A DNA stretch of 64,000 nucleotides from an uncultured Chitinophagaceae bacterium (GCA_964444195.1 CAYUGH010000008.1:939-64938); one strand, 5' to 3'; counted from the first letter of the stretch, positions 39,817 to 50,044 are shown. Numbers and translations are program-made. The notes: generated from the sequence alone by a model not told the origin.

Positions 39817-41250
39817 ATGCCACTGGTTAATTCAATGACCGATTTTTCGGGTTGGGATGAGATGTTTACATTTGATGGGGTAAGGGAAAGGTATGCTAAT
39901 GTTCTTTCAATCCTTGAGCAATTGCCTATCGAGGTGTTAAATCAAAAAGACAGGCAGGCAGCCGACTTTTTCATGAACCAGGGTATCACATTTACCGTGT
40001 ATGCCGATAATGAAGGTATTGAGCGCATTTTCCCCTTTGATATTATTCCGCGTATTATAAGCCGTGTGGAGTGGCAGCACATCAGCGATGGGATCAGGCA
40101 GCGCCTGAAAGCGCTCAATCTTTTCCTGAAAGATATCTACGGACCGCAACATATTATACGCGATGGAAAAATTCCGGCTAAGCTGATAGCTACCTGCCCG
40201 CATTTTTTAAAGGAAGTAGTTGGGGTAAAAGTGCCGCATGATATTTACGTGCACATTGCAGGTATTGACCTGATTCGTGGGGCCGACGGGGTATTTTATG
40301 TGCTGGAAGATAACCTGCGCACGCCAAGCGGGGTAAGCTATATGCTTGAAAACCGCGAAGTGACCAAGCGTATTTTCCCCGAAATGCTTACTGCCAACCG
40401 GGTCCGGATGATAAACAGGTATGCGCTTGAGCTGAACAATATTCTTGCTTCGCTTTCCCCGCGCGACACCGATCAGCCAAACGTTGTTATCCTGACGCCG
40501 GGTGTATATAATTCGGCTTATTACGAGCATACCTTCCTGGCCCGCCAAATGGGCATTCCGCTGGTGGAGGGCCGCGACCTTGTGGTGGACAACCATAAAG
40601 TGTACATGAAAACCACTTCGGGCTTGCAGCAGGTGGATGTGGTGTACCGCCGTATTGATGATGATTATATTGACCCGCTGGTGTTTAAGCCTGAAAGTAT
40701 CCTGGGTGTTCCGGGCATTATGAGCGCGTACCGGAAAGGAACGGTGGCATTAGTGAATGCGGTGGGCAATGGAGTGGCAGATGATAAAGCCGTATATGCA
40801 TTTGTGCCCGATATGATCAAATATTACCTGAATGAGGAGCCTATTTTACCCAATGTGCCTACCTACAGGATGGAAAATTTGGATGAGCGTGAGCATGTGC
40901 TGGCCAACCTTGAAACCATGGTGGTAAAGCAAACCAACCAAAGCGGCGGATACGGCATGGTGATGGGAAATAAAGCCACCGAAGAAGAGCTTACAGGTGT
41001 TGCTGCGGCCATCAAAGAAAATCCAAGGAATTATATCGCACAGCCAATCATCCGCCTGAGTACGGTGCCTTGTTTGATCGATGGCAAACTGGTCCCCAGG
41101 CACGTGGATTTAAGGCCTTACGCGCTTTGCGGCCCTTCTGGCATTGAAATTGTACCGGGTGGTTTAACCAGGGTGGCGCTTCGCGAAGGTTCGCTGGTAG
41201 TAAATTCATCGCAAGGCGGTGGCAGTAAAGATACCTGGGTGATTGATTGA
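39817..41250 (+). CDS. Circularly permuted type-2 ATP-grasp protein
   Basis: 477 aa. The N-terminal region and length are typical of the CP-ATP-grasp family (DUF404/DUF407-type). It is followed by alpha-E and transglutaminase genes. Confidence 0.7.
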   Translation: MPLVNSMTDFSGWDEMFTFDGVRERYANVLSILEQLPIEVLNQKDRQAADFFMNQGITFTVYADNEGIERIFPFDIIPRIISRVEWQHISDGIRQRLKALNLFLKDIYGPQHIIRDGKIPAKLIATCPHFLKEVVGVKVPHDIYVHIAGIDLIRGADGVFYVLEDNLRTPSGVSYMLENREVTKRIFPEMLTANRVRMINRYALELNNILASLSPRDTDQPNVVILTPGVYNSAYYEHTFLARQMGIPLVEGRDLVVDNHKVYMKTTSGLQQVDVVYRRIDDDYIDPLVFKPESILGVPGIMSAYRKGTVALVNAVGNGVADDKAVYAFVPDMIKYYLNEEPILPNVPTYRMENLDEREHVLANLETMVVKQTNQSGGYGMVMGNKATEEELTGVAAAIKENPRNYIAQPIIRLSTVPCLIDGKLVPRHVDLRPYALCGPSGIEIVPGGLTRVALREGSLVVNSSQGGGSKDTWVID

Positions 41251-41280
41251 TTGTGAATTTCAAACTTCAAACTGGCTTAC

Positions 41281-42231
41281 ATGACGACAATGCTAAGTAG
41301 AATTGCAGATAACCTTTTTTGGCTGCACCGGTATATGGAAAGGGCAGATGGATTGATTTTAACGTTGAGGAATACCTATATTTTATCTTTTGATATTGAT
41401 CTGTATGGCACTTACGGATACCGCCCCATGCTCCAGGCTTATACCTCGGTAAAGGAAGAAGACATGGATAAGCTTGAAGCGGATATCCCGAAGCTTATCC
41501 AGTTTGCTATTTGCGATAGCGCAAACCACAATTCAATGAAAACATTGATTGGCAAGGCAAGGGAAAATGCCCGCGGATCGCAGGATAAAATTACCAAGGA
41601 ATTGTGGGAGCAGGTTAATTTCATGTATCATTACCTGCATCATGCCGATATGCCATCCCGGTTGATTGAGCCATCTACCCACAACACCGTTGACTATTTA
41701 CAGCAAATGTGCCTTTTGTACAATGGGGTGGTGGATAGCACCATGCCACGCGGTACCGGCTGGTGCTTTATGAATATTGGCAAATACATTGAACGTTGCC
41801 TGCAAACCATTAATCTTACCGACAGCTATTTTGCCCCCATCAACTACAATATTGATGGCCCCGAAGACCTTTTATACTGGAGAAGGTTATTGCTTTCGCT
41901 TTCCGGGTACGAACTATACCTGAAAACGAACCGCAGCACAGCCCATTCAAGGCAAATACTTTCGCTAACCATCACCAACGAGGCCTTTCCCCGCTCGGTT
42001 TTATATTCACTGAAGCGTATGGAAAAATACCTCGATGATATTATTGAGGAAAATCCCAATAAGGAGGTGATGGCGCTTCAAAAGCAATTCGGCAGGTTGA
42101 AAAGCCTGGTGGAATATACCGATGTTGCATTTGTCACCAGTGAAAACCTTTCAGGATTATTGCATTCCATCAGGATGCAGACCTGGGATTTTTCATCGTC
42201 ATTAAGCAAGATTTTTTTCTCATACACCTGA
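41281..42231 (+). CDS. Alpha-E domain protein
   Basis: 316 aa. The start MLSRIADNLFWLHRYMERAD is the characteristic alpha-E N-terminus. Confidence 0.7.
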   Translation: MTTMLSRIADNLFWLHRYMERADGLILTLRNTYILSFDIDLYGTYGYRPMLQAYTSVKEEDMDKLEADIPKLIQFAICDSANHNSMKTLIGKARENARGSQDKITKELWEQVNFMYHYLHHADMPSRLIEPSTHNTVDYLQQMCLLYNGVVDSTMPRGTGWCFMNIGKYIERCLQTINLTDSYFAPINYNIDGPEDLLYWRRLLLSLSGYELYLKTNRSTAHSRQILSLTITNEAFPRSVLYSLKRMEKYLDDIIEENPNKEVMALQKQFGRLKSLVEYTDVAFVTSENLSGLLHSIRMQTWDFSSSLSKIFFSYT

Positions 42232-42335
42232 CCTCCTCTACTGAATTGCACCCACTAAGAAGAAAAATAACCAAACCAATTGTTACCCACTTGTAAAGTG
42301 TAACCACTTTTGCTTCAGGGGGTACATTTCATTTC

Positions 42336-43295
42336 ATGCCAACATTCAGGATTCAACATATTACCCGGTACACATACGACCGGCCCGTAAAGGAAAATAT
42401 CAGCCAGGTGCGTATTTTTCCACTGGAAGATGAAAACCAATCTCTTATAAGTTCGGAATTGCAAATAACCGGTGAGCCTCATATTGAAACCAGTATTGAT
42501 TATTTTGGCAATAAGGTAGGTGAGTTTGGTTTGATGAAACCCCACCAGGAAATGACCATTGACAGCCGCTTTGTGGTGCATACCAACGATAGCTGGAAGC
42601 CGCCCGGAAGGTTGCCGTTTACTATCCGGGATATTGCCAATGCCATCCAAACCGATCTCAAGCTTATTTGGCTAAGCGAGCCTGAAAGGATTGCCAGCCA
42701 GGATATTATTGAGCAATTATTGTACGAAACCGATATTGCGCATAAGCCGGTGGTGGAAATAGCAGAAGCTTGTTGCGCCTACATCTTCAGGAATTTTACT
42801 TATACAAAAGGAATTACTTCTGTAGAAACCACTATTGATGAGATACTTGAACATAAAAGCGGGGTTTGCCAGGATTTTGCGCATGTATTGTTGCAGATGC
42901 TCCGGTCTATCGGGCTACCATCCCGGTATGTAAGCGGCTATGTTTGCCCCAACAAAAGCGGCATGCGGGGTGAAGGCGCCACACATGCCTGGGTGGAGTA
43001 TTATTTGCCCGGTACCGGTTGGATAGGTCTTGACCCTACCAATAATGTTTTTGCAGGCCCTTTCCACGTAAGGCTGGCAACGGGTAAAGATTTTGCCGAT
43101 TGCACTCCCGTAAAAGGGGCTTTTAAAGGTATTGCGCACCAGGTGCTTTCAGTATTTGTTTCTGTTGGGTATGAAGATGGCCATGTTTTTGAAGAAATGA
43201 GCGATGTGCAGCAACAGGCTTCCACAGTAGAAGGAACCGAGCCCTGGCAGGCTGACCTGATTGCCAAGCAGCAGCAACAGCAACAACAGCAATAA
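42336..43295 (+). CDS. Transglutaminase-like cysteine protease-fold protein with an N-terminal Bact_transglu_N domain and a C-terminal poly-Gln tail
   Basis: Catalytic Cys region GVCQDFAHVLLQMLRSIGLPSRYVSGY. His/Asp region THAWVEYYLPGTGWIGLDPTNN. Ends with 8 Gln codons (mixed CAG/CAA) at 43269-43292. Confidence 0.75.
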   Translation: MPTFRIQHITRYTYDRPVKENISQVRIFPLEDENQSLISSELQITGEPHIETSIDYFGNKVGEFGLMKPHQEMTIDSRFVVHTNDSWKPPGRLPFTIRDIANAIQTDLKLIWLSEPERIASQDIIEQLLYETDIAHKPVVEIAEACCAYIFRNFTYTKGITSVETTIDEILEHKSGVCQDFAHVLLQMLRSIGLPSRYVSGYVCPNKSGMRGEGATHAWVEYYLPGTGWIGLDPTNNVFAGPFHVRLATGKDFADCTPVKGAFKGIAHQVLSVFVSVGYEDGHVFEEMSDVQQQASTVEGTEPWQADLIAKQQQQQQQQ

Positions 43296-43328
43296 TTTTC
43301 AGGTTGATTTTTTCCTTTGCTTTGTGCC

Positions 43329-44609
43329 ATGGCAGTTTCTTCATTACTGGCTGAGCGCATGCGGCCCAGGTTATTGTCCGAAATGATCGGGCAGGAACAT
43401 ATTACCGCACCGGGTAGTTTGCTAAACCAGGCGGTAAAACAAGGCAAGCTCCCTTCCATCATACTTTGGGGCCCTCCCGGGGTAGGCAAAACAACCCTCG
43501 CGCTGGTTTTGGCTGCCGAGTCCGATATGCTTTTTTTTCAGTTAAGCGCTATAAGCTCAGGGGTAAAAGAAATACGCGAAGTAATTGATGCCGCCAAAAA
43601 ACATGGCAATGCCCTGCTGTTTATTGATGAGATCCATCGGTTTAATAAAGGACAGCAGGATGCCTTGCTGGGTGCGGTAGAAAAGGGAATTGTAACCTTA
43701 GTGGGCGCCACTACCGAAAATCCTTCTTTTGAAGTGAACAGCGCCCTGCTAAGCCGGTGCCAGGTTTTTGTGCTCAAATCGCTGGATGAAGATAAACTTA
43801 AACAGATATTACAGCGTGCATTGGCAACCGATGAATGGCTGATGGACCAGCGGGTGAACCTTGCTGAAACCGAGGCCCTTGTTAGAATGAGCGGTGGCGA
43901 TGCACGTAAAATTCTGAACCTGCTTGAAATGACGGTACAGTTTGGCAGGGGAAAAGTTAAAGAAGGCGAAACGCTGCAGCTAACCGATGCGATGGCGATG
44001 GAAGCTGCCCAAAGCAGGGTGGCTTTGTACGATAAAAAGGGCGAGCAGCATTACGATATTATTTCGGCATTTATCAAGAGCGTTCGTGGCAGCGACCCCA
44101 ATGGAGCAGTGTATTGGCTGGCAAGGATGATTGAAGGCGGCGAAGATATTGAATTTATTGCGCGGCGATTGGTGATACTGGCAAGCGAGGATATTGGTAA
44201 CGCCAATCCAACCGCGTTGGTCATGGCAAATGCATGTTTTGATGCAGTGAGGAAGATAGGCTATCCCGAAGGAAGGATCGTGTTAAGCCAATGCACCACC
44301 TACCTGGCTGCCAGCCCTAAAAGCAACGCTTCTATCATAGCCATTGAAGATGCAATGGCGCTGGTGAAGCTTCATGGCGATTTGCCCGTTCCGCTTCATA
44401 TTCGCAATGCACCTACCGGGCTTATGAAAAAATTGGGCTATGGAAAAGATTACCGGTACAGCCATATAGGCGAAGGTAATTTTCTGGAACAGGAATACTT
44501 GCCCGACAAGATTGCAGGTACCAAACTATACGACCCCGGCCATAATGCAAGGGAAGATGAACTGCGGAAATTTTTAAAACAACGGTGGAGAGATAAATAT
44601 GGCTACTAA
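43329..44609 (+). CDS. rarA: Replication-associated recombination protein A (MgsA/RarA AAA+ ATPase)
   Basis: Walker A LWGPPGVGKTTLA. Walker B LFIDEIHRFNK. C-terminal MgsA domains. Confidence 0.85.
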   Translation: MAVSSLLAERMRPRLLSEMIGQEHITAPGSLLNQAVKQGKLPSIILWGPPGVGKTTLALVLAAESDMLFFQLSAISSGVKEIREVIDAAKKHGNALLFIDEIHRFNKGQQDALLGAVEKGIVTLVGATTENPSFEVNSALLSRCQVFVLKSLDEDKLKQILQRALATDEWLMDQRVNLAETEALVRMSGGDARKILNLLEMTVQFGRGKVKEGETLQLTDAMAMEAAQSRVALYDKKGEQHYDIISAFIKSVRGSDPNGAVYWLARMIEGGEDIEFIARRLVILASEDIGNANPTALVMANACFDAVRKIGYPEGRIVLSQCTTYLAASPKSNASIIAIEDAMALVKLHGDLPVPLHIRNAPTGLMKKLGYGKDYRYSHIGEGNFLEQEYLPDKIAGTKLYDPGHNAREDELRKFLKQRWRDKYGY

Positions 44610-45060
44610 TAATGATATTATTTGGGTGTTCAAAAAATTTCATGACCTTACCGTTGATGAACTGTATGATATTTTAACCCTGCGAAGCCGTGTATTTGTA
44701 GTGGAGCAGCAATGCATTTTCCTCGACATGGATGGGATTGACAAACAGTCCCATCACCTTGCCGGGTATATGAATGGTAATGTTGTGGCTTCTACCCGCA
44801 TACTGGCCGATGGAATTGCCTATAAAGGTTACCCAAGTATTGGCAGGGTGGTTACTGCGCCTGAAGCAAGGGGTAAAGCCTATGGCTTCAGGTTGATGGA
44901 GGAATCTATTAAAAGGTTGGAAGAACTTTATGGCAAGATTCCTATTAAAATTGGTGCTCAGCTATACCTCAAAAAATTTTACGAGTCGCTGGGATTTGAG
45001 CAATCAGGCGACATGTACCTCGAAGATGGAATAGAGCATATTCCGATGATTCGCACATAA
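44599..45060 (+). CDS. GNAT-family N-acetyltransferase (ElaA-like)
   Basis: 153 aa with an acetyl-CoA binding pattern. It overlaps the rarA stop by 11 bp. Confidence 0.6.
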   Translation: MATNNDIIWVFKKFHDLTVDELYDILTLRSRVFVVEQQCIFLDMDGIDKQSHHLAGYMNGNVVASTRILADGIAYKGYPSIGRVVTAPEARGKAYGFRLMEESIKRLEELYGKIPIKIGAQLYLKKFYESLGFEQSGDMYLEDGIEHIPMIRT

Positions 45061-45160
45061 AACCAATTTCAGCACATTTCATTCCTATTCTTCCACTATT
45101 GATCCTTAACCACTTGCATTCCACGATTAGGTATTATATCTTGCTGCGAAATTTTTTTGT

Positions 45161-46522
45161 ATGAGCACTCGCAGAACCTTTTTAAAGGAATCATTGGTAG
45201 TAGGAACCGGGTTACTTGCTTCCAGCGCTTTTGGCATTCCATTTTATAACGAAAATAAGGGCAGGGTAATTATTATGGGGGCCGGTTTTGCCGGCTTATC
45301 GGCAGCGTATGCGCTTCATAAAAGAAAAATTCCTTTCATTATCCTGGAAGCCCGTAACCGCATTGGTGGCCGTGTATTTTCATTTGAAGCCGACCCTGCC
45401 GAAAAACTGGTAATTGAATTAGGTGCAGAATGGGTTGGCGAATCGCATGAACGGTTAAGATCGTTGTGCGATGAGTTGAAACTGGACCTGGAAAATAACC
45501 GGTTTGAATCGCACTTAGTTTTTGGCGGAAAATATTATAAAAATAACGAATGGGGCTACACTGAACAATGGCATAAAACCTTTGAAAAATTAAAAGCCGG
45601 TTTCTCCAAACTTACTGATGCACAACAAAGAGAATTGGATAGTTACGATTGGTGGCGATGGCTTGTCAATAACGGATGTTCGGGACAAGACCTTGATTAC
45701 AGGGAACTGTTGGACAGTACAGATTTTGGTGAAAGCATCAGGCATGTTTCAGCTTTTGCTGCATTGGCCGAATACGCAGAAAGCAGCCCGAAAAATGAAA
45801 TGGATTATAAAATTAAAGGTGGTAACGGCCGCTTTGCTCATGCCATTGCCGGTAAAGTTGGAATGGAAAATATTAAACTCAGCCACAAGGTTATTAAAAT
45901 TGAACAGGGAACCGAAGTGGTGGTTACCTGCGCTAACGGCGAGGTTTTTAAGGGCACCCGGTTAATTTGTACCGCGCCAACCTTTGCTGTTCAGCAAATA
46001 AACTGGCAACCGGCCTTGCCACAAGCTATGCAGAAAGCCATGCGGGAATTGCAATATGCACGAATCAACAAGCACCCGGTCCTATTCAAGGATAGGTTCT
46101 GGAAAGATGAAGCGTTTGACATGGTTACCGATCTTCCGGCGCATTATTTTTACCATGCTACTAAAAACCAACTTTCATCTAAAGGCATCCTGATCTCCTA
46201 CACAATAGGTGACAAGGCGGCCGTAGTTGGCGCCAATGCCAAAGATGATGACTGGAACGCAAGGATGGTTGAAGATGGATTGAGACCTGCATTTGGTGAC
46301 ATCAAGAGTAAAATTGAGAAGCAGTGGAACTATTACTGGGGAAACGATGAATTTAGCCACGGGGCTTATGCCTTGTATGGTTCAGGACAATGGTTTACCA
46401 TCAGGTCCACTTTGAACAAGCCATTTCTGCGCACCCTTTTTGCAGGTGAACACCTTGCCGAATGGCAGGGTTTTATGGAAGGCGCCATTGTAACCGGTGA
46501 AGAAGCCGCTTCCAGGATATGA
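45161..46522 (+). CDS. Flavin-containing amine oxidase family protein with a Tat-like signal
   Basis: RRTFLK twin-arginine motif. FAD-binding IIMGAGFAGLSAAYAL. Amine-oxidase length. Confidence 0.7.
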   Translation: MSTRRTFLKESLVVGTGLLASSAFGIPFYNENKGRVIIMGAGFAGLSAAYALHKRKIPFIILEARNRIGGRVFSFEADPAEKLVIELGAEWVGESHERLRSLCDELKLDLENNRFESHLVFGGKYYKNNEWGYTEQWHKTFEKLKAGFSKLTDAQQRELDSYDWWRWLVNNGCSGQDLDYRELLDSTDFGESIRHVSAFAALAEYAESSPKNEMDYKIKGGNGRFAHAIAGKVGMENIKLSHKVIKIEQGTEVVVTCANGEVFKGTRLICTAPTFAVQQINWQPALPQAMQKAMRELQYARINKHPVLFKDRFWKDEAFDMVTDLPAHYFYHATKNQLSSKGILISYTIGDKAAVVGANAKDDDWNARMVEDGLRPAFGDIKSKIEKQWNYYWGNDEFSHGAYALYGSGQWFTIRSTLNKPFLRTLFAGEHLAEWQGFMEGAIVTGEEAASRI

Positions 46523-46601
46523 TTCAATACATTATTAGGCAGAAGAATTTGCACGGTAAAATAGTAATAGAGTTCCAATTGAATGCAACAGAGGTTTTTG
46601 A

Positions 46602-47453
46602 TTAATCCCCTGCAATACTTTTCATTTCCTCCAACAATAGTTTATATATCTGTGCGGCATATTTCCCCGGTTTTCCATCCTCAATCAAATGTCCGTCAAT
46701 ATTAGCAACTGTCCAAATGCCCTTGGTGGTGCTCGATATCCAAACCTCCTTAGCGTTAAGCAGTTCCTGTAATTGTACAGGCCGTTCCTCCACTTTCACT
46801 AAACCAACCGCATGTTTTAAAATCCGTTTTCGGGTAATGCCTTTAAGCACTCCCGCATCGGGGGTTATTAAAACATCATCGCGGGTTATGGCAAATACAT
46901 TACTTCTCGGGCATTCGCTTACTAAACCATCCTTCACATACAGTAATTCCTGGAATCCCTTTTGTTTCGCCACCGGCACCATCACCATTCCCATAATATA
47001 ATCAATGGATTTTACGGTTGAAAATGACCGCTGAAACTCATGGGTCATCAATCCAATGCCTGTTGGGGCAAGCGTTGCAGGAAAGGGATCAAGTTGCTGT
47101 AAGGTTAGCAGGCTGTTTGGAGCGCCACCCGGTAAGTAGCCATCAAGGCTTGAACCCCCTGTAATGGTAATCCTCACGCCTGCCAGTGGATAAGGCATTT
47201 TTGTATGCAAAATATGCACCATGCGTAAGGCATCTTCCTTTAAAAAAGGTATATGAAGGTTCAATCCCGCAGCAGATTGCTGCAACCTTTCCCAGTGGTC
47301 ATCAAAAAAAAGGGGCTGCCCATTTTTTACCAGGAAGAAATCAAAAAAACCATATCCCCGCAGGATGGCAAGGTCATTCACCGGCAGGGAGGCATCCATT
47401 TGCGGGAATAATAGCCCATTTACGAAAACGAAAGGAGAAAAATTTGGGGTCAT
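46602..47453 (-). CDS. Class IV aminotransferase (branched-chain/D-amino-acid aminotransferase or ADC lyase family)
   Basis: 283 aa with fold-type IV PLP enzyme motifs (E..RG.G.FE; catalytic Lys region). Confidence 0.65.
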   Translation of the reverse strand: MTPNFSPFVFVNGLLFPQMDASLPVNDLAILRGYGFFDFFLVKNGQPLFFDDHWERLQQSAAGLNLHIPFLKEDALRMVHILHTKMPYPLAGVRITITGGSSLDGYLPGGAPNSLLTLQQLDPFPATLAPTGIGLMTHEFQRSFSTVKSIDYIMGMVMVPVAKQKGFQELLYVKDGLVSECPRSNVFAITRDDVLITPDAGVLKGITRKRILKHAVGLVKVEERPVQLQELLNAKEVWISSTTKGIWTVANIDGHLIEDGKPGKYAAQIYKLLLEEMKSIAGD

Positions 47454-47487
47454 GATGTCAATATAAGAAATTTATACAACTAACCAA

Positions 47488-48537
47488 TCACATAAACGCC
47501 CTTTTAAACCGCTGTACATTTGCGGCAGGCTCAATGGGTGCTCCATCAAGGATATGGGCAGCCAACTGCTTTGCCAGCCAGGGCGCAAGCGATACTCCTT
47601 TGGTACCAAGCCCGCCCAGGATACCCACCCTTGACGAATGCGGGTGCAGCCCGGCAAAAGGCCTGCGCTCCACTGTAGCAGGACGAATTGCCGCGATATG
47701 ATCTTCGATAGTGAAAGGAAGTTTCAGGGTAAGTTCCAAAAACTGCTCAGTCCGTTTGCGGAAAGTTTCGGTGGGCTGGTCGTCGGTAAACCGATTGTCG
47801 TAGGTGCTGCCCACCCACCATTTACCCCCATGCCAGGGAACCAGCGTGGAAATGCCGAATTTGTAAATCTGTCCATAGGGAAGCCCGGGGATATCCGCTA
47901 TCAACGCCTCGCCCTTGTTAAAACTAAAGGGAAGCCCGCCCCAGTATTTGGATTGGGCGGTATGGATACCATCGCAGTAAAAAGCATAATCGGCCTGAAT
48001 ATCCTTATACTCCACCCCATCTGCATGAACCTTCAGCAGTGTTTCGTCAAAATGACCCTCCCGCAAACGGGCTTCATTATTCAGCCATTGCCGCCAACCT
48101 GCCTGCAGGGTTTGCAGATCAACCCAATAAGCGGGCAAAATATGCACCGCGCCAAACAGAAAGCGGAAATAATCCTCAAATTGCCCGGCATCTGCCAACG
48201 GATGCACAAAGGGGGAACCTTTTGAAATTTTTTGCTGATAGGCCTCCATCATCTGCCCGGATGGCGGAAATGCCAGGATGCCGCAATTGCGTATAACATC
48301 TGCCCCGATGATCTTTCCAATGTTAGTGTAATGTTCCTCCGCAAAAGGGAATAACTCATCCGCTAACCAGGTGGTAACTACCTGGCGACCGGTAACCGGG
48401 TTGATAACTCCGCTTGCCACGCGGGTAGATGTGTTGGTGCGTTGTTCATCCAGCACGGTTATTTCCGTGCCCATTTGGACAAACCAGTAGCTTAGCCATG
48501 TTCCGGAAATTCCCTGGCCGATGAGTAGGATTTTCAT
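47488..48537 (-). CDS. FAD-dependent oxidoreductase (DAO family)
   Basis: N-terminal ILLIGQGISGTWLSYWF dinucleotide-binding motif. 349 aa. Confidence 0.65.
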   Translation of the reverse strand: MKILLIGQGISGTWLSYWFVQMGTEITVLDEQRTNTSTRVASGVINPVTGRQVVTTWLADELFPFAEEHYTNIGKIIGADVIRNCGILAFPPSGQMMEAYQQKISKGSPFVHPLADAGQFEDYFRFLFGAVHILPAYWVDLQTLQAGWRQWLNNEARLREGHFDETLLKVHADGVEYKDIQADYAFYCDGIHTAQSKYWGGLPFSFNKGEALIADIPGLPYGQIYKFGISTLVPWHGGKWWVGSTYDNRFTDDQPTETFRKRTEQFLELTLKLPFTIEDHIAAIRPATVERRPFAGLHPHSSRVGILGGLGTKGVSLAPWLAKQLAAHILDGAPIEPAANVQRFKRAFM

Positions 48538-48549
48538 GAGGTATGGCTC

Positions 48550-49047
48550 CTACTTCTTCTTCCCATCCTTAGGGGCCCCCTGGTTCTCCTGCCACCTGTT
48601 CAGCATCTTAAAAATAAGCGTATCAAATTTAGGCTGCTGATCGGGGTTGAGCATTTGTATCATTCGCCTAAAGTGGTTGAAGTACTCAATTTCAATCTGC
48701 GCTTGCTTATCCCCTATCCTTTTGGCCGCTGCCAACACCGAATCATTGGGGAGCGCATCTACCCGGAGCAACTGCATCATGGCGTTTTTATTGGCACGCA
48801 TTTCAGCCTGGGTAGGCGCAAGTATAGAATCGCGGTACCCCCTAAAGTCAAGGTATTTTTTTACCTGGGCCGAATCGAGGCTTAAGGCTTCCTGCACCAT
48901 TTTAATCTGCTTTTCAGAACGCGAAAGTTCGGGTTCCTTTGGTTTTTCCTCCTTTTTGGTCAGCAGGTAAAGCATGATCCCATTGGTAATCAATAAAACC
49001 ATTAAAAGCACTAAAAGGGTACGATTATTACTACGGGCCATTATCAT
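48550..49047 (-). CDS. Periplasmic Spy/CpxP-like (LTxxQ-type) protein
   Basis: N-terminal TM/signal and a helical Lys/Gln-rich body. It is third in an operon with the ECF sigma and anti-sigma genes. Confidence 0.4.
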   Translation of the reverse strand: MIMARSNNRTLLVLLMVLLITNGIMLYLLTKKEEKPKEPELSRSEKQIKMVQEALSLDSAQVKKYLDFRGYRDSILAPTQAEMRANKNAMMQLLRVDALPNDSVLAAAKRIGDKQAQIEIEYFNHFRRMIQMLNPDQQPKFDTLIFKMLNRWQENQGAPKDGKKK

Positions 49048-49400
49048 TTTTCTTCATTTATTTCCACCAATTGGTAAGATTGGGTATTGGTAAATTCCGA
49101 AGCCAGTAATTGCTCAGAAGTTTTTTGCTGTGCCAATGCTTCGGCTGATTGCTTTTGATCCCATAGAACCACCGAAATATTGATTGCCAGGAAAATGGAA
49201 ATAGTGGCTACTGCAAACACAGGTTTACCAAGCCAATAGGCCGCCTTTTCCCAGGTGGTGTTCTGTTTTTCAAGCCTTGCCGCAATGCGGGTGTACAAAA
49301 AGGGATTTGCCCTGGCTCTTTTTATCCCATCCAGGCTGTTCATCACTTCTTCAATCCAATCAGAAGCGTTGTTTCCTGTAAGGTTGTTATTCTTTTTCAT
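49044..49400 (-). CDS. Putative anti-sigma factor (single TM)
   Basis: 118 aa with one central TM helix. It lies immediately downstream of the ECF sigma factor with a 4-bp overlap. Confidence 0.45.
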   Translation of the reverse strand: MKKNNNLTGNNASDWIEEVMNSLDGIKRARANPFLYTRIAARLEKQNTTWEKAAYWLGKPVFAVATISIFLAINISVVLWDQKQSAEALAQQKTSEQLLASEFTNTQSYQLVEINEEK

Positions 49401-49450
49401 GTCTCCGCAATTTATTATTGTCCTTAACCACTGCTATAGGACGTTTAAAT

Positions 49451-50023
49451 TTATTGTTCTTTTCGGTATGTATTTTCCAATTTTTTCCTAAGATTCAATT
49501 TAGCCCTTTGCAGGAGCGATTCAACCGCCGGAACCGTGGTTCCCAAAATCTCACTCACCTCCTTATGGTTCAATCCTTCTACCCTGCTCAGCACAAAAGC
49601 TGCCTTTTGCTGTTCAGGAAGCGATGCCATGGCCTGAAAAAGTGAAAGGGAAAGTTGCTTTTTTTCGGAAATCACACCCGGATGGTGAAAATCGGGCGGA
49701 TCCACAACCAGTTCGTCATTCATGCCGAACAGGCTCTGAACATAGGCAAATCGTTTCTTTCTTTTCCGGCTACGCAGGTAATCGAGGCTTTTGGTCACCG
49801 TTATCCGGTACAACCAGGTACTTAGCTTCGACTCTCCTTTGAACCCATCAATTGACTCCCAGGCCTTTATAAATACATCCTGCGCCACATCTTCGGCATC
49901 CATTTCGCCCTGCACCAGCCCCAGCGCCGTGTTATATACCATGTCCTGCCATGAGGTAACCATGAATTTAAAGGCTGCCTCACTGCCACTCTTCAATTGC
50001 TCTACAAGTTCCTGTTCGCCCAA
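49451..50023 (-). CDS. RNA polymerase ECF-type sigma-70 factor
   Basis: Region 2 (DVAQDVFIKAW) and region 4 HTH (NHKEVSEILGTTVPAVESLLQRA). Confidence 0.85.
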   Translation of the reverse strand: MGEQELVEQLKSGSEAAFKFMVTSWQDMVYNTALGLVQGEMDAEDVAQDVFIKAWESIDGFKGESKLSTWLYRITVTKSLDYLRSRKRKKRFAYVQSLFGMNDELVVDPPDFHHPGVISEKKQLSLSLFQAMASLPEQQKAAFVLSRVEGLNHKEVSEILGTTVPAVESLLQRAKLNLRKKLENTYRKEQ

Positions 50024-50044
50024 ATGGTTTTCTATTTTATGCTT

